Origin: Candidatus Lustribacter sp.
GTDB lineage: Bacteria > Vulcanimicrobiota > Vulcanimicrobiia > Vulcanimicrobiales > Vulcanimicrobiaceae
Assembly (NCBI GenBank): GCA_965277805.1
Contig: OZ255842.1
Location: forward strand, 2,912,001-2,976,000
Length of the DNA: 64,000 nucleotides
Direction: 5' to 3'
Positions 48,201 to 57,657 of this stretch are shown in pieces (position 1 is the first letter of the stretch; every line of letters starts with the position of its first letter). The notes beneath the pieces were generated by a model that saw only the letters and a program-made list of their open reading frames with translations, did no database searches and was not told the DNA's origin. The translations under genes and the position numbers were made by a program.

Positions 48201-49248
48201 ACTGACCGAGGAAGTGCTCGAGCTCCGCGGGCGCGACACCGGCCGCGCCGGCCGCCGAACGCAGCCGGGCCAAGTCCGGGTCGACTCGCACGAGCAACGC
48301 GTCAGCCGGGCCGCCGAACGTGACTTGCGTGGCCGCCGCCGGGACGACGGCAGTTTCCCACGCCCGGAGGTCGACGGCGCCCGCTCCGCTTGCAGCCGTG
48401 AGCGGCGTATCCATGGCCATAAGCGCCAGCGGCCGGCCGCCCGTACCGATCGACGCGCCGGCGTTCGAAATGCGCAAGCGTTCCACGACGAAGCGCGGGT
48501 CGGCGATCGCGATGGTACGTTCGACGCCGCGCGCCGTGAAGGTCAACTGCGTCATCGCCCCCGGGAACGTCGCGCGGAAGTCCAGCACGTCACCGGCCTT
48601 GGCGACGTGCAGTTCGCGCGGCTTGCCGTCGGCGCCGGTGCGATTCCAGTCGAAGATGCGGTAGGTCAGATCGCTGGCTTGTTGCGTTTCGAAGAGCTGG
48701 ATCCCGGCGCCGATCGCGTGCAGCGTTCCGGCCGGTAAGTAGTAGGCGTCGCCGGGCTTGACCGGCACGCGGCGCAGGATGTCGCCGAGCGTACCGTCCG
48801 CGACGCGGCGTTCGTATTCCGCGCGGTCGGTGTCGCGCGTCCAGCCGAGCACGAGTTCCGCGCCGGGTTCGGCGGCCAGAATGTACCAGCACTCCGTCTT
48901 TCCGACGGGCTGATGTTCAACGCGCTGCGCATACGCATCGTCCGGATGCACTTGCACCGAGAGCGCCGCATGCGCGTCGATGATCTTCGTCAGCACCGGG
49001 AAGCGTTGCGTGGGATCGGCGGGTCCGGTGAGATCGCGGCCGAGCTGCGCGCGCACCGCGGCCAGTGTTTCACCGCTGTACGCGCCGCCGGTAACGGTGT
49101 TCTCATCCCAGCATTCCCACGACTCACCGAGCAATGCTGAGGCGTCGCCGGGTTTGCCGTAGCGCTTAACGAGCGCATCCCCGCCCCAGATGGCCGAAGC
49201 CATTTTTGGAGCGAGGACGAGCGGGGCCGTTCGTGTTGTGCTGATCAC
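48175..49248 (-). CDS. manA: Mannose-6-phosphate isomerase, class I
   Basis: IWGG, GESWE, LSVQVHP, KTECWY, GTLHAI, QQASDLTYR. Confidence 0.92.
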   Translation of the reverse strand: MISTTRTAPLVLAPKMASAIWGGDALVKRYGKPGDASALLGESWECWDENTVTGGAYSGETLAAVRAQLGRDLTGPADPTQRFPVLTKIIDAHAALSVQVHPDDAYAQRVEHQPVGKTECWYILAAEPGAELVLGWTRDTDRAEYERRVADGTLGDILRRVPVKPGDAYYLPAGTLHAIGAGIQLFETQQASDLTYRIFDWNRTGADGKPRELHVAKAGDVLDFRATFPGAMTQLTFTARGVERTIAIADPRFVVERLRISNAGASIGTGGRPLALMAMDTPLTAASGAGAVDLRAWETAVVPAAATQVTFGGPADALLVRVDPDLARLRSAAGAAGVAPAELEHFLGQFSGASRPA

Positions 49249-49257
49249 CCCTAACGG

Positions 49258-49464
49258 TTAGGGACTCTCGGCGCCGATTCCGCCGTGCAGTTGCGTCTGC
49301 ATCTGCTTTTCGCAGGACGCGTGTCCGCATCCGCAACGGATGTTCGCCGGATCGCGCCCTTCAGGCGAGTCGCAATACGCGCTGCACGTGGCGTCTGCGA
49401 GCGGAACCTCGCAGAGGCACGCTAGGTTATCGCAGCGTTTGCGTTCGCTGCCGGAATCGGTCAT
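49258..49464 (-). CDS. Bacterial metallothionein-like protein
   Basis: CxxxxCxCxV...CSxxC...CxCGHxxC; 8 Cys in 68 aa. Confidence 0.75.
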   Translation of the reverse strand: MTDSGSERKRCDNLACLCEVPLADATCSAYCDSPEGRDPANIRCGCGHASCEKQMQTQLHGGIGAESP

Positions 49465-49790
49465 CAGCTCACGATTCGCGTGGTGTTGCGTCCGTTAGCG
49501 GCGATGATCCCGACGATCGCAACCAGCACGACCGCACCGACAACGATCCAGAGCCACGGCACGTTGCTCGTGGTCGTGGTGGTCGTCGTCGTACCATCGG
49601 TGGTCGTCGTCTTATCGGCCGACGAACCCGGTGCGGTTACGGTGGTCGAGGTCCCGGCTGCGGGCGCCGACTGCGTCGTCGTGGTCGAGTTCGTATTCGA
49701 CGTACCCGTGGTTTGCGCGAGCGTCATCGCCGGCGCGATGGCCAGGAATAGGGCTAGAAGAATAAGGCTGAGTCTAAAGATCGGGCGCAT
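49464..49790 (-). CDS. Thr-rich exported protein with C-terminal membrane anchor
   Basis: Signal peptide, poly-Thr stalk, WLWIVVGAVVLVAIVGII anchor. Confidence 0.75.
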   Translation of the reverse strand: MRPIFRLSLILLALFLAIAPAMTLAQTTGTSNTNSTTTTQSAPAAGTSTTVTAPGSSADKTTTTDGTTTTTTTTSNVPWLWIVVGAVVLVAIVGIIAANGRNTTRIVS

Positions 49791-49885
49791 AGGGTTTCTC
49801 CTCGGTGGTAATCGGCGTTTGCGCTTCCTTGCCCAGGAAAACCCCAGTGCCAAACCTCCCTTTGGTCTCTCCGGCTTGCGCTCGC

Positions 49886-51037
49886 CTACTGCTTGGGCAG
49901 CGTCTCCCACACGCCGTTGTGGTCGATCACGATGCGGATGTCTTGCGCGTTGAACCCGTTGTGGTCGGTCGGGGTAAATTTATACGTGCCGGTGGTTCCG
50001 GTGTACGGCTTCATCGTTTCGAGCGCGCTGACGAGCTTGTCGCCCTCGGTGCTCTTCGCGGTGCGCAGTGCGCCGGCAACCAAATGCACGGCATCCCACG
50101 CAAATGACGCGAAATTATTCGCACCGGCGTTGTACGCCGAACGGTACGCCGCGAGCAGCTTCTTCTGGATTGCGTTGGGAAACGTGCGGTCGAGATCCAT
50201 GTCGGCGTAGACGCCGTCGCCGTCTTTGCCCGTAACCTTGAGGAAGTTGTCGGAGACGATACCGGTCGTACCGATCAGGTGCGTACCGACCGCGAGCTGA
50301 TGCACTTGACGCACGAGAATGCCGGCCGACGGCGCGGCGGTGTAGATCAGGATCGTGTCGGCGCCGGCGCCTTTGACTTTTTGCAGTTGCGGCGTTACGT
50401 CGGTCGCGGTGACGGCGTAGGCTTCTTCATCGACGATCGGTACGTTCTGCGCCTTCGACTCGGCCTCGGCAACTTGTGTGCCCTGCGTTCCGTAGAGCTG
50501 ATCGTCGTGCAGCACCGCGAGCTTCTTCGCATGCAGGGTATTCTTCATGAACGTGAAGAGCTTCGTCACTTCCAGTTCGTTGTGCGGCGTCGCTTCGAAC
50601 GTGTATTTGCGGATGCCGTCTTTCGCTTGCCACACGCTGAGCGTCGGCGTGAGATAGACCTGAAGGATCTTGGCGTCATTGACGGCGCGCGCGATCGCTT
50701 CGCTGGTGGGCGAAATCGAACCGCCGACGATCGCGGCGACCTTCTGCCCGATCAGTTGCGTCGCGAGTTGCTGTGCGACGTCGGCCTTGCTCTCGTCATC
50801 CAGAATCGTAACCTGCAGCGGTCGTCCGTTGATGCCGCCCGACGCGTTGATGTCGGCGACGGCGATCTGGATCGCGTTGCGCTCGGGCTCGCCGAGCGGC
50901 GCGTAAGGCCCGGTGATCGAGAGGATCGCACCGATCGTCACCGGCGCGCCGGACGGCTTCGTCGCGCCGGTCACCGGAGCGGTGAAGAGTGCCAGCAGCA
51001 CCGCGCCGCACGTCAAATTTCGCAGTAAACGCATCAA
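49886..51037 (-). CDS. ABC substrate-binding protein (LIV/PBP1 type)
   Basis: IGAILSITG, GGINGRPL, DDES, YG; divergent from liv permeases. Confidence 0.88.
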   Translation of the reverse strand: MMRLLRNLTCGAVLLALFTAPVTGATKPSGAPVTIGAILSITGPYAPLGEPERNAIQIAVADINASGGINGRPLQVTILDDESKADVAQQLATQLIGQKVAAIVGGSISPTSEAIARAVNDAKILQVYLTPTLSVWQAKDGIRKYTFEATPHNELEVTKLFTFMKNTLHAKKLAVLHDDQLYGTQGTQVAEAESKAQNVPIVDEEAYAVTATDVTPQLQKVKGAGADTILIYTAAPSAGILVRQVHQLAVGTHLIGTTGIVSDNFLKVTGKDGDGVYADMDLDRTFPNAIQKKLLAAYRSAYNAGANNFASFAWDAVHLVAGALRTAKSTEGDKLVSALETMKPYTGTTGTYKFTPTDHNGFNAQDIRIVIDHNGVWETLPKQ

Positions 51038-51093
51038 GATAAGCCCCTTAGCACACAGGAGAAAGTTTCTTCCATTCGGATTCTAGGCCAGCT

Positions 51094-51978
51094 ATGCTCC
51101 AACTCCTTGTCGCGGGACTGACCGTCGGCAGCGGTTACGCGCTCGTGGCCTTGGGAATTCACATCATCCTTCGGGCCACCCGGATCGTGAATTTCGCCCA
51201 AGGCGAGTTCACGATCGTCGGCGGTTTGCTGGCGCTGACGTTCGTGCAGCTCTTCCACGTCAACACGTGGTTCGCGCTAGCCGGGGCGACGATCGCGGGC
51301 TTCGTGCTCGGCTTGCTCTACGAACGCTTGGTGTTGCGGCCGGCCGGGCGCTCGGGCGAAATTCCGCTCACCATCGCGACGCTGGGGACGGTCTTCATCC
51401 TCTTGTACGGACACGCGCTGATCCCGGGCTGGGGCAGCTTGCCGCAGCCGCTGCCGGCCTTCACCGGCGATGCTTCCGACGCGATCGTCATCGGCGGCGT
51501 CTCGATCCAGGTCCAGTCGATGTGGGTGCTGGCACTGCTGCTGGCGGCGCTGGCCGCGCTCTATCTCTTCTTCGAACGCACGTACTACGGCAAGGCGATT
51601 CGCGCGGCGGCCAACAACCCGACCGGGGCAAAGCTGGTCGGGATCGACGTGACCAGCGCTCGCGCAGTCAGCGTCGGGCTCGCGATCGCGCTTGCAGCGT
51701 ACGGCGGGACGATCATCGGCCCGATCACGCTCGTGGGCGGCGCGGGCGGGACGGCGATTGCGATCAAGGGCTTCGTCGGGGCAATTATCGGCGGACTGGA
51801 GTCGCCGTTGGGCTGCGTCGCCGGCGGTCTGCTCGTGGGCGTGGTCGAGAAACTGATCCAAGGGCTGCCCGGCGTTTCGTACGGCGTGTCCGATCCGGTC
51901 GTCTACTCGCTCTTGCTCGTCGCTCTCTTGCTGCGACCGCAAGGGCTCTTCGGCGCGCGCAGCGCGGTGCGCGATTGA
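51094..51978 (+). CDS. LivH-type ABC permease
   Basis: YALVALG, VNFAQGE, KGFVGAIIGG, RPQGLFG. Confidence 0.9.
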   Translation: MLQLLVAGLTVGSGYALVALGIHIILRATRIVNFAQGEFTIVGGLLALTFVQLFHVNTWFALAGATIAGFVLGLLYERLVLRPAGRSGEIPLTIATLGTVFILLYGHALIPGWGSLPQPLPAFTGDASDAIVIGGVSIQVQSMWVLALLLAALAALYLFFERTYYGKAIRAAANNPTGAKLVGIDVTSARAVSVGLAIALAAYGGTIIGPITLVGGAGGTAIAIKGFVGAIIGGLESPLGCVAGGLLVGVVEKLIQGLPGVSYGVSDPVVYSLLLVALLLRPQGLFGARSAVRD

Positions 51979-53795
51979 TCGCGCGGCTGCGCGCCGACAC
52001 GCGCACGTTGCCGGTGCTCGCGCTGATCGTCGGCGTCTTCGGCATCTTCGCGGCCGGCAACGCGACCTTCGCCCAAGCCGGAACGTATGCTGCAATATTC
52101 GCGATCGCTGCGATCGGGCTCTCGCTCTTGCTCGGCAACGTCAACCAGATCTCGCTCGGTGCAGCGGGTTTTTTCGGCATCGGCGCCTACGCGGTTGCGT
52201 CGCTGACGACGTGGTGGAATCTGCCCGCGTGGCTCTCGTGGCCGCTCGCGACGCTGATCGGGATCACCGGCGCAATGCTGGTGGGTCTCGGCCTCGGGTT
52301 CATCGCGCTGCGCTTTCGCGGGCACTATCTCGCGATGGCAACGCTCACGTTCGGCTTGATCTGCGCCGGCATTTTTCACGAAACGAAATTCTTCGGCGGC
52401 GCGATCGGCATCGAGGACATCCCGTATCCGCGCTTCGGCGCATTGACGATTTCCGGTTATCCGGCCTATTGGTTCGCGTGGATCATCGCGCTCGGCGTTG
52501 CGCTGCTCACGCTCAATCTGTTGCGCGGCCGTTCCGGACGCGCGTTCGAAGCTATTCGCAACGACGAACTCGCAGCCGAAGTGCTGGGCGTGCCCACGCG
52601 GCGCTACAAAATTCTCGCCTTCGCATACTCGGGCGCGCTCGCGGGACTCGCCGGTGCGGTGTACGCCGCATTTCTCGGGATCGTCGTGCCCGACGCCGTC
52701 GGCCCTCAACTCTCGTTCAGCTTGCTCTTGATGGTTGTGCTCGGCGGCAGCGGCGGTGTGTCCGGCGCGTTGATCGGCGCAGCACTGCTCGGTTTCCTCG
52801 ACATCAGCGGCCATCAGTTCGAAAACACGCGCGAAGTCGTCTACGGTATTCTCGTGATCGGCGTCGTGATCGCCGCCCCCGGCGGAATGTTCGGCCTGAT
52901 CCGCTCCCGCTTCGCAGCGCGCGGCGCCGGCGCGCGCGAAGTTGGTGTCATTCGTCATCCCGAGCTTGTCGAAGGACCGCCACCAAAGTCGGCGATCGAG
53001 GCGGCCCCTCGACAAGCTCGGGGTGACAGCAGCGCCGCGCCGCTCGAGGTATCGCACGTTACCCAGCGGTTCGGCGGACTCGTTGCGGTGAACGACGTCA
53101 GCTTCGCGCTGACGCGCGGCACGCTGACGTCGCTGATCGGCCCCAACGGTGCGGGCAAGACGACGCTGTTCAACGCGATCAGCGGCATCGGCCGCCCGAG
53201 CGAGGGCCGCGTGAGGATCGGCGGCGCCGACGTCACCGGCCGGCAGCCGCATCGCGTCGCCGAGCTCGGCGTCGGACGGACGTTTCAGAACGCGCGCCTC
53301 TTCGGCGAAATGACCGTGCTCGAAAACGTCGTCGCCGGGGCGTTTCGCACCGAACGCACGTCCTTCGGCAGCGACCTGTTCGCGCTGCCGTCGTCACGCC
53401 GTTCCGAACGCGAGGCGACCGACCGCGCCCGCGCCACGCTGGCACGCCTCGGGCTCGAACCGCTCGCAGCGACGCTCGCCAAGGACCTCGCCTTCGGCGA
53501 CCGCCGGCGCGTCGAACTCGCGCGCGCGACCGCCTCGGATCCGTGGCTCTTGCTCGTCGATGAGCCCGCCGCCGGGTTGAACGCCGGCGAACGCGCCAGG
53601 CTCACGGCCGACCTATTGAAGCTGCGCGATGCCGGCATGACGCTGCTCTTGATCGAGCACGACATGCGGCTCGTGATGTCGATCAGCGAGCGTGTGATGG
53701 TCTTGAAGTTCGGCACGATGATCGCCGACGGCACGGCCGATGCCGTGCGCAACGATCCGGCCGTGGTCGCGGCCTATTTGGGAACGGCGAACTGA
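51975..53795 (+). CDS. Fused LivM-type permease/LivG-type ATPase
   Basis: LRFRGHYLAMATL permease half; GPNGAGKTT, RTFQNARLF, DEPAAG ATPase half; TTG 51975. Confidence 0.9.
   Translation: MIARLRADTRTLPVLALIVGVFGIFAAGNATFAQAGTYAAIFAIAAIGLSLLLGNVNQISLGAAGFFGIGAYAVASLTTWWNLPAWLSWPLATLIGITGAMLVGLGLGFIALRFRGHYLAMATLTFGLICAGIFHETKFFGGAIGIEDIPYPRFGALTISGYPAYWFAWIIALGVALLTLNLLRGRSGRAFEAIRNDELAAEVLGVPTRRYKILAFAYSGALAGLAGAVYAAFLGIVVPDAVGPQLSFSLLLMVVLGGSGGVSGALIGAALLGFLDISGHQFENTREVVYGILVIGVVIAAPGGMFGLIRSRFAARGAGAREVGVIRHPELVEGPPPKSAIEAAPRQARGDSSAAPLEVSHVTQRFGGLVAVNDVSFALTRGTLTSLIGPNGAGKTTLFNAISGIGRPSEGRVRIGGADVTGRQPHRVAELGVGRTFQNARLFGEMTVLENVVAGAFRTERTSFGSDLFALPSSRRSEREATDRARATLARLGLEPLAATLAKDLAFGDRRRVELARATASDPWLLLVDEPAAGLNAGERARLTADLLKLRDAGMTLLLIEHDMRLVMSISERVMVLKFGTMIADGTADAVRNDPAVVAAYLGTAN
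52954..53027. repeat. REP-like palindromic element inserted in frame
   Basis: 22-nt arms GTCATCCCGAGCTTGTCGAAGG (52954-52975) and CCCTCGACAAGCTCGGGGTGAC (53006-53027), 20/22 complementary. Confidence 0.85.
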
Positions 53796-54517
53796 TGCTG
53801 CTCGACGTTTCCGGCTTGCACGCGGGCTACGGCGAACTCGAGGTTTTGCGCGGGATCAATCTCAGCGTGGCGGCCGGCGAAATGGTCGCCGTGCTCGGCC
53901 CGAACGGCGCCGGGAAGTCGACGCTGCTGCGCACGATCTCGCGCATTGACACGACCGTACGCTCCGGTGCGATCGTGTTCGACGGTCACGATCTGCTGCG
54001 CGCATCGACCGTGCAAGGCGTCGGTTTCGGCTGCCTCCACGTGCCTGAAGGCCGGCAGCTCTTCACCGAACTCTCCGTGGACGACAACATTCGCCTGGGC
54101 GCCTTCAGCGTCGACCGCAAGACGATCGAGGCCGACGCCGCCGCCGTGTACGCGCAGTTCCCCGTCTTAGCCGAGCGCAAATCGCAAACCGCGTTCTCAC
54201 TTTCGGGCGGCGAACAGCAGATGCTCGCGATCGGCCGCGCGCTGATGGCCAAACCGAAAATGCTGATGCTCGACGAACCGAGCACCGGCCTCGCTCCCCA
54301 AGTCGTCGCAACGATTTTCGACATCCTCGCCGCCCTCAAACGCAGCGGCACCGCCATCCTCATCGTCGAGCAAAACGCCTACCTCACGCTCCAACACGCC
54401 GACCGCGCCTACGTCCTCGAAAACGGCGAGATCGCGTTGTCCGGACCGGCAACAGAACTCAGCGCCGACCCCCGAGTCCGAGCAATCTACCTCGGCGGCT
54501 CACCCGACGAGCAATAA
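53795..54517 (+). CDS. LivF-type ABC ATP-binding protein
   Basis: GPNGAGKS, VPEGRQLF, LSGGEQQMLAIGR. Confidence 0.92.
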   Translation: MLLDVSGLHAGYGELEVLRGINLSVAAGEMVAVLGPNGAGKSTLLRTISRIDTTVRSGAIVFDGHDLLRASTVQGVGFGCLHVPEGRQLFTELSVDDNIRLGAFSVDRKTIEADAAAVYAQFPVLAERKSQTAFSLSGGEQQMLAIGRALMAKPKMLMLDEPSTGLAPQVVATIFDILAALKRSGTAILIVEQNAYLTLQHADRAYVLENGEIALSGPATELSADPRVRAIYLGGSPDEQ

Positions 54518-54522
54518 GGCAG

Positions 54523-55746
54523 TTAGCCGGTGATGACGGTGGCTTCGTAGCCGCGGGCGGCGATGTTGGTGAGGATTTGTTCGATGTCTTCGGGGCGCTG
54601 CAGCTCGCAGGTCAGATCGAGCTGCGCGTATTTGGCGGGGACGCTGCCGAAGAGGCGATGGTGCAGCACGTCGAGCACGTTGGCGTGGGCGTCGTTGACG
54701 GCGGTCGCGATTGCGACCAGGCCGCCCGGTTTGTCGACCATCAGCACCCGGATCTGGACGACGCGGCCGGCGCGCATGCGCGAGCGCACGATCACCGATG
54801 CAAGCATGCCGAGATCGAGGTTGCCGCCGCAGAGCAGCGTACCGACGCGTTTGCCGCGGAAGCGTTCGATGTTGCTGCGGATCGCCGCGACGCCGGCCGC
54901 GCCCGCGCCTTCGGTGACGAGCTTCTCATCCTCGAGCAGGAACGCGATCGCGCCCTCGATCGCGGGTTCCGAAACGAGCAGCACGTCGCGCACGACATCG
55001 CGCACGATCGAGAGCGGGATGCGGCCGACCTTCTCGACCGCAATGCCTTCGGCGATCGTCACGCCGCCGATGATCGGAATCTGGCCCTTCATTTCGGCGT
55101 AGAGCGCCGGGTAGAACTCGGTCTCGACGCCGATCACTTCAGCCTTCGAGCCGAACAGCTCGACCGCAAGCACGGCGCCCGAGATCAAGCCGCCGCCGCC
55201 GACCGGCACGACGATCGCATCGAGATCGGTGCCCGCGTCCTCGAGCAATTCGAGAGTGGCCGTCGCCTGACCGGCGATGACGTTGAGATCGTCGTAGGGG
55301 TGGATCAGCGTGGCGCCGGTCTTCTCGACCAGCTCGTAACCGTATTTCGACGACTGCTCGAACGTCGCGCCGTGCAGCACGACCTCCGCACCGTAATCGC
55401 GGGTGCGCCGCACTTTGAGAAACGGCGTGCCGTCGGGCATCACGACCGTCGCCTTGATGCCGAGCCGCGCCGCATGGTAGGCCACGCCCTGCGCGTGATT
55501 TCCGGCCGACATCGTCACGACGCCGCGCTGCCGCTGTTCTTCGGTGAGCAGCAAGAGCGCGTTGAGCGCGCCGCGTTCCTTGAACGAACCCGTGACTTGA
55601 CGGGTCTCGAGCTTCAAGTAGCCTTCGCCGTCGATCGCTTGCGAGAGCGCGCGCGAGCGATTGGTCGGCGTCCGGATGACGCCGCCGCGCAGCCGTTCGG
55701 CAGCCGCCTGCACCGCGCCGCGCAATTCGGAATTGGTCGAAATCAC
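54523..55746 (-). CDS. ilvA: Threonine ammonia-lyase with C-terminal ACT domain
   Basis: GSFKERGA, SAGNHAQG, PVGGGGL, DKPGGL. Confidence 0.9.
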   Translation of the reverse strand: MISTNSELRGAVQAAAERLRGGVIRTPTNRSRALSQAIDGEGYLKLETRQVTGSFKERGALNALLLLTEEQRQRGVVTMSAGNHAQGVAYHAARLGIKATVVMPDGTPFLKVRRTRDYGAEVVLHGATFEQSSKYGYELVEKTGATLIHPYDDLNVIAGQATATLELLEDAGTDLDAIVVPVGGGGLISGAVLAVELFGSKAEVIGVETEFYPALYAEMKGQIPIIGGVTIAEGIAVEKVGRIPLSIVRDVVRDVLLVSEPAIEGAIAFLLEDEKLVTEGAGAAGVAAIRSNIERFRGKRVGTLLCGGNLDLGMLASVIVRSRMRAGRVVQIRVLMVDKPGGLVAIATAVNDAHANVLDVLHHRLFGSVPAKYAQLDLTCELQRPEDIEQILTNIAARGYEATVITG

Positions 55747-55781
55747 CGGGCCTGCTTCGGGTTTTGGACGAAGGGTGCCTC

Positions 55782-57518
55782 GTGACGCTCGTCGATCTCG
55801 TTAGCGCTGCGCTTTCCGGACCCGACCGCCCCGTCTTGTGCGAACGTGCAGCAGACGGCGACTGGAGCGCACTCGGCAGCGCCGACGTTTTGGCCCGTGT
55901 GACGGCGATCGCTGCAACGCTGCGTCATCGCGGGCTCGCGCCCGGCGATCGCGTTGCGCTGATGTCGCCCAACCGCGTCGACTGGATCCTCGCGCACCTC
56001 GGCATCCTCTTCGCGGGCGGTGTGACGGTGCCGATCTACGCGACCCAAGCCATCGACCAAGTGCGCTTCATCATCGCCGATTCCGGCGCGCGCGAACTTT
56101 TCGTCGACACCCCGGCCGTTGCCGGCCGCTTACGCGCCGAGGGGATCGCGCTCGAGCCGATCGTCTTCGACGGCGCCGCCGAAGATCAAAATTCGCTGAG
56201 TGCGGTGATCGCTCACGGCCGCGGAATGCCCGGCGCACAACCGGCGGCCATCACCGCCGGCGACCTCGCGGTCGTCATCTACACCTCAGGCACGACCGGT
56301 TCGCCGAAGGGCGTGATGCTCTCGCACGGCAACCTCAGCTCGAACGCGCACGCGGCCTTCGATCCGATTCCCGACTTGATTCGGCCCGGCGATCCGGTGC
56401 TCTCGATCTTGCCCTACGCGCACATCTACGAAAGCATCAACGTCTTCGGTTACCTGATCCGGGGCGCGCAAATCTACGTCAATCGGCAGATCGAGACGCT
56501 GCTCGACGACCTGCGCTCGGTGCGGCCGGTGATCGTGTTTTGCGTCCCGCGTATCTTCGAACGCACCTTCGCCGGCATCGTCGCGAAAGCGCGCGCAGCC
56601 GGCGGACTCACGGCCAAACTCGTGCCGTGGGCCCTTACGATCGGGCGGCACTACAAGCGCGCCGAACTCAACCGCACCGCGCGCGGCCCCGGCCTGCGGC
56701 TACAGTACGCGCTCGCACGAAAACTCGTGCTGTGCAAACTCCGGCGGCAACTCGGTTGCGACCGGCTGCGCGTTTTCGTCAGCGGAAGCGCGGCGCTGCA
56801 TCTCGATATCGCCCTGACGTTCGAAGCGGCCGGAATGCCGATCATGGAAGGCTACGGGCTCACCGAATGCTCGCCGGTCGTGACGGTGAACCGTCCCGGC
56901 GCGTCACGCCTGGGTACGGTCGGCCGCGCGATTCCCGGCGTCGACGTGCGGATCGCGGAGGACGGCGAGATTCTGGTGCGGGGCCCGAACGTGATGCAGG
57001 GCTACTTCCACAATCCCGACGCGACCGCCGCGCGCATACGTGACGGCTGGCTCGCGACGGGCGACGTCGGCACCCTCGATGCCGACGGCTACCTGCGCGT
57101 CATCGACCGCAAGGACGAGATCTTCAAAACGAGCGGCGGCAAATTTATCTCGCCGACCCGGGTCGAGGCCGCGGTCATGCGTTCCCCGTTCATCGCGCAG
57201 GCGATGGTGTTCGGAAATGGGATGCCGCATCCGGCGGCGCTGATCTCGCCGAACTGGGCGGCGCTCTGCAGTCGCATGGAGATTCCACCCGGCACGCCGG
57301 CCGCGGAACTCGCCGCGCGCGACGACGTCCGGCGATTCGTCGCCGCCGAATGCACCCGCAAAACCGCCGACCTGGCGACGTTCGAACAGATTCGCTGGGC
57401 CGGCGTATTGGTCCGCGATCTTACGATCGAAGACGGCGAACTGACGCCGACACTCAAGTTGAAACGGCGGGTCATCGAAACCCGATACGCATCGCTGGTC
57501 GACACCACGACGGCGTGA
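55782..57518 (+). CDS. Long-chain fatty acid-CoA ligase; start uncertain
   Basis: YTSGTTGSPKG, EGYGLTE, TGDVG, ELTPTLKLKR. Confidence 0.92.
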   Translation: MTLVDLVSAALSGPDRPVLCERAADGDWSALGSADVLARVTAIAATLRHRGLAPGDRVALMSPNRVDWILAHLGILFAGGVTVPIYATQAIDQVRFIIADSGARELFVDTPAVAGRLRAEGIALEPIVFDGAAEDQNSLSAVIAHGRGMPGAQPAAITAGDLAVVIYTSGTTGSPKGVMLSHGNLSSNAHAAFDPIPDLIRPGDPVLSILPYAHIYESINVFGYLIRGAQIYVNRQIETLLDDLRSVRPVIVFCVPRIFERTFAGIVAKARAAGGLTAKLVPWALTIGRHYKRAELNRTARGPGLRLQYALARKLVLCKLRRQLGCDRLRVFVSGSAALHLDIALTFEAAGMPIMEGYGLTECSPVVTVNRPGASRLGTVGRAIPGVDVRIAEDGEILVRGPNVMQGYFHNPDATAARIRDGWLATGDVGTLDADGYLRVIDRKDEIFKTSGGKFISPTRVEAAVMRSPFIAQAMVFGNGMPHPAALISPNWAALCSRMEIPPGTPAAELAARDDVRRFVAAECTRKTADLATFEQIRWAGVLVRDLTIEDGELTPTLKLKRRVIETRYASLVDTTTA

Positions 57519-57542
57519 AGTGTTCCGCATCACGCGCTCGGG

Positions 57543-57571
57543 TTGCACAAAATCCTCCTGCATGATATAAC
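57543..57571 (+). promoter_or_regulatory. Sigma70-type promoter of the basic-protein gene
   Basis: TTGCAC-17 nt-TATAAC with extended TG; GGAGAGGA RBS-like sequence upstream of ATG 57658. Confidence 0.7.
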
Positions 57572-57657
57572 GTGTGCAACACTAGCCGGCGGATGCCCGC
57601 ACGGCCCCGTCGGTAGCACCACTCGCGCAAGCGTTTGGAGAGAGGACTATCGAAACG

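Noticed and set aside
51267-51974. N-terminal extension of the fused permease/ATPase
   Set aside because: It overlaps the livH-type gene out of frame; TTG 51975 fits translational coupling.
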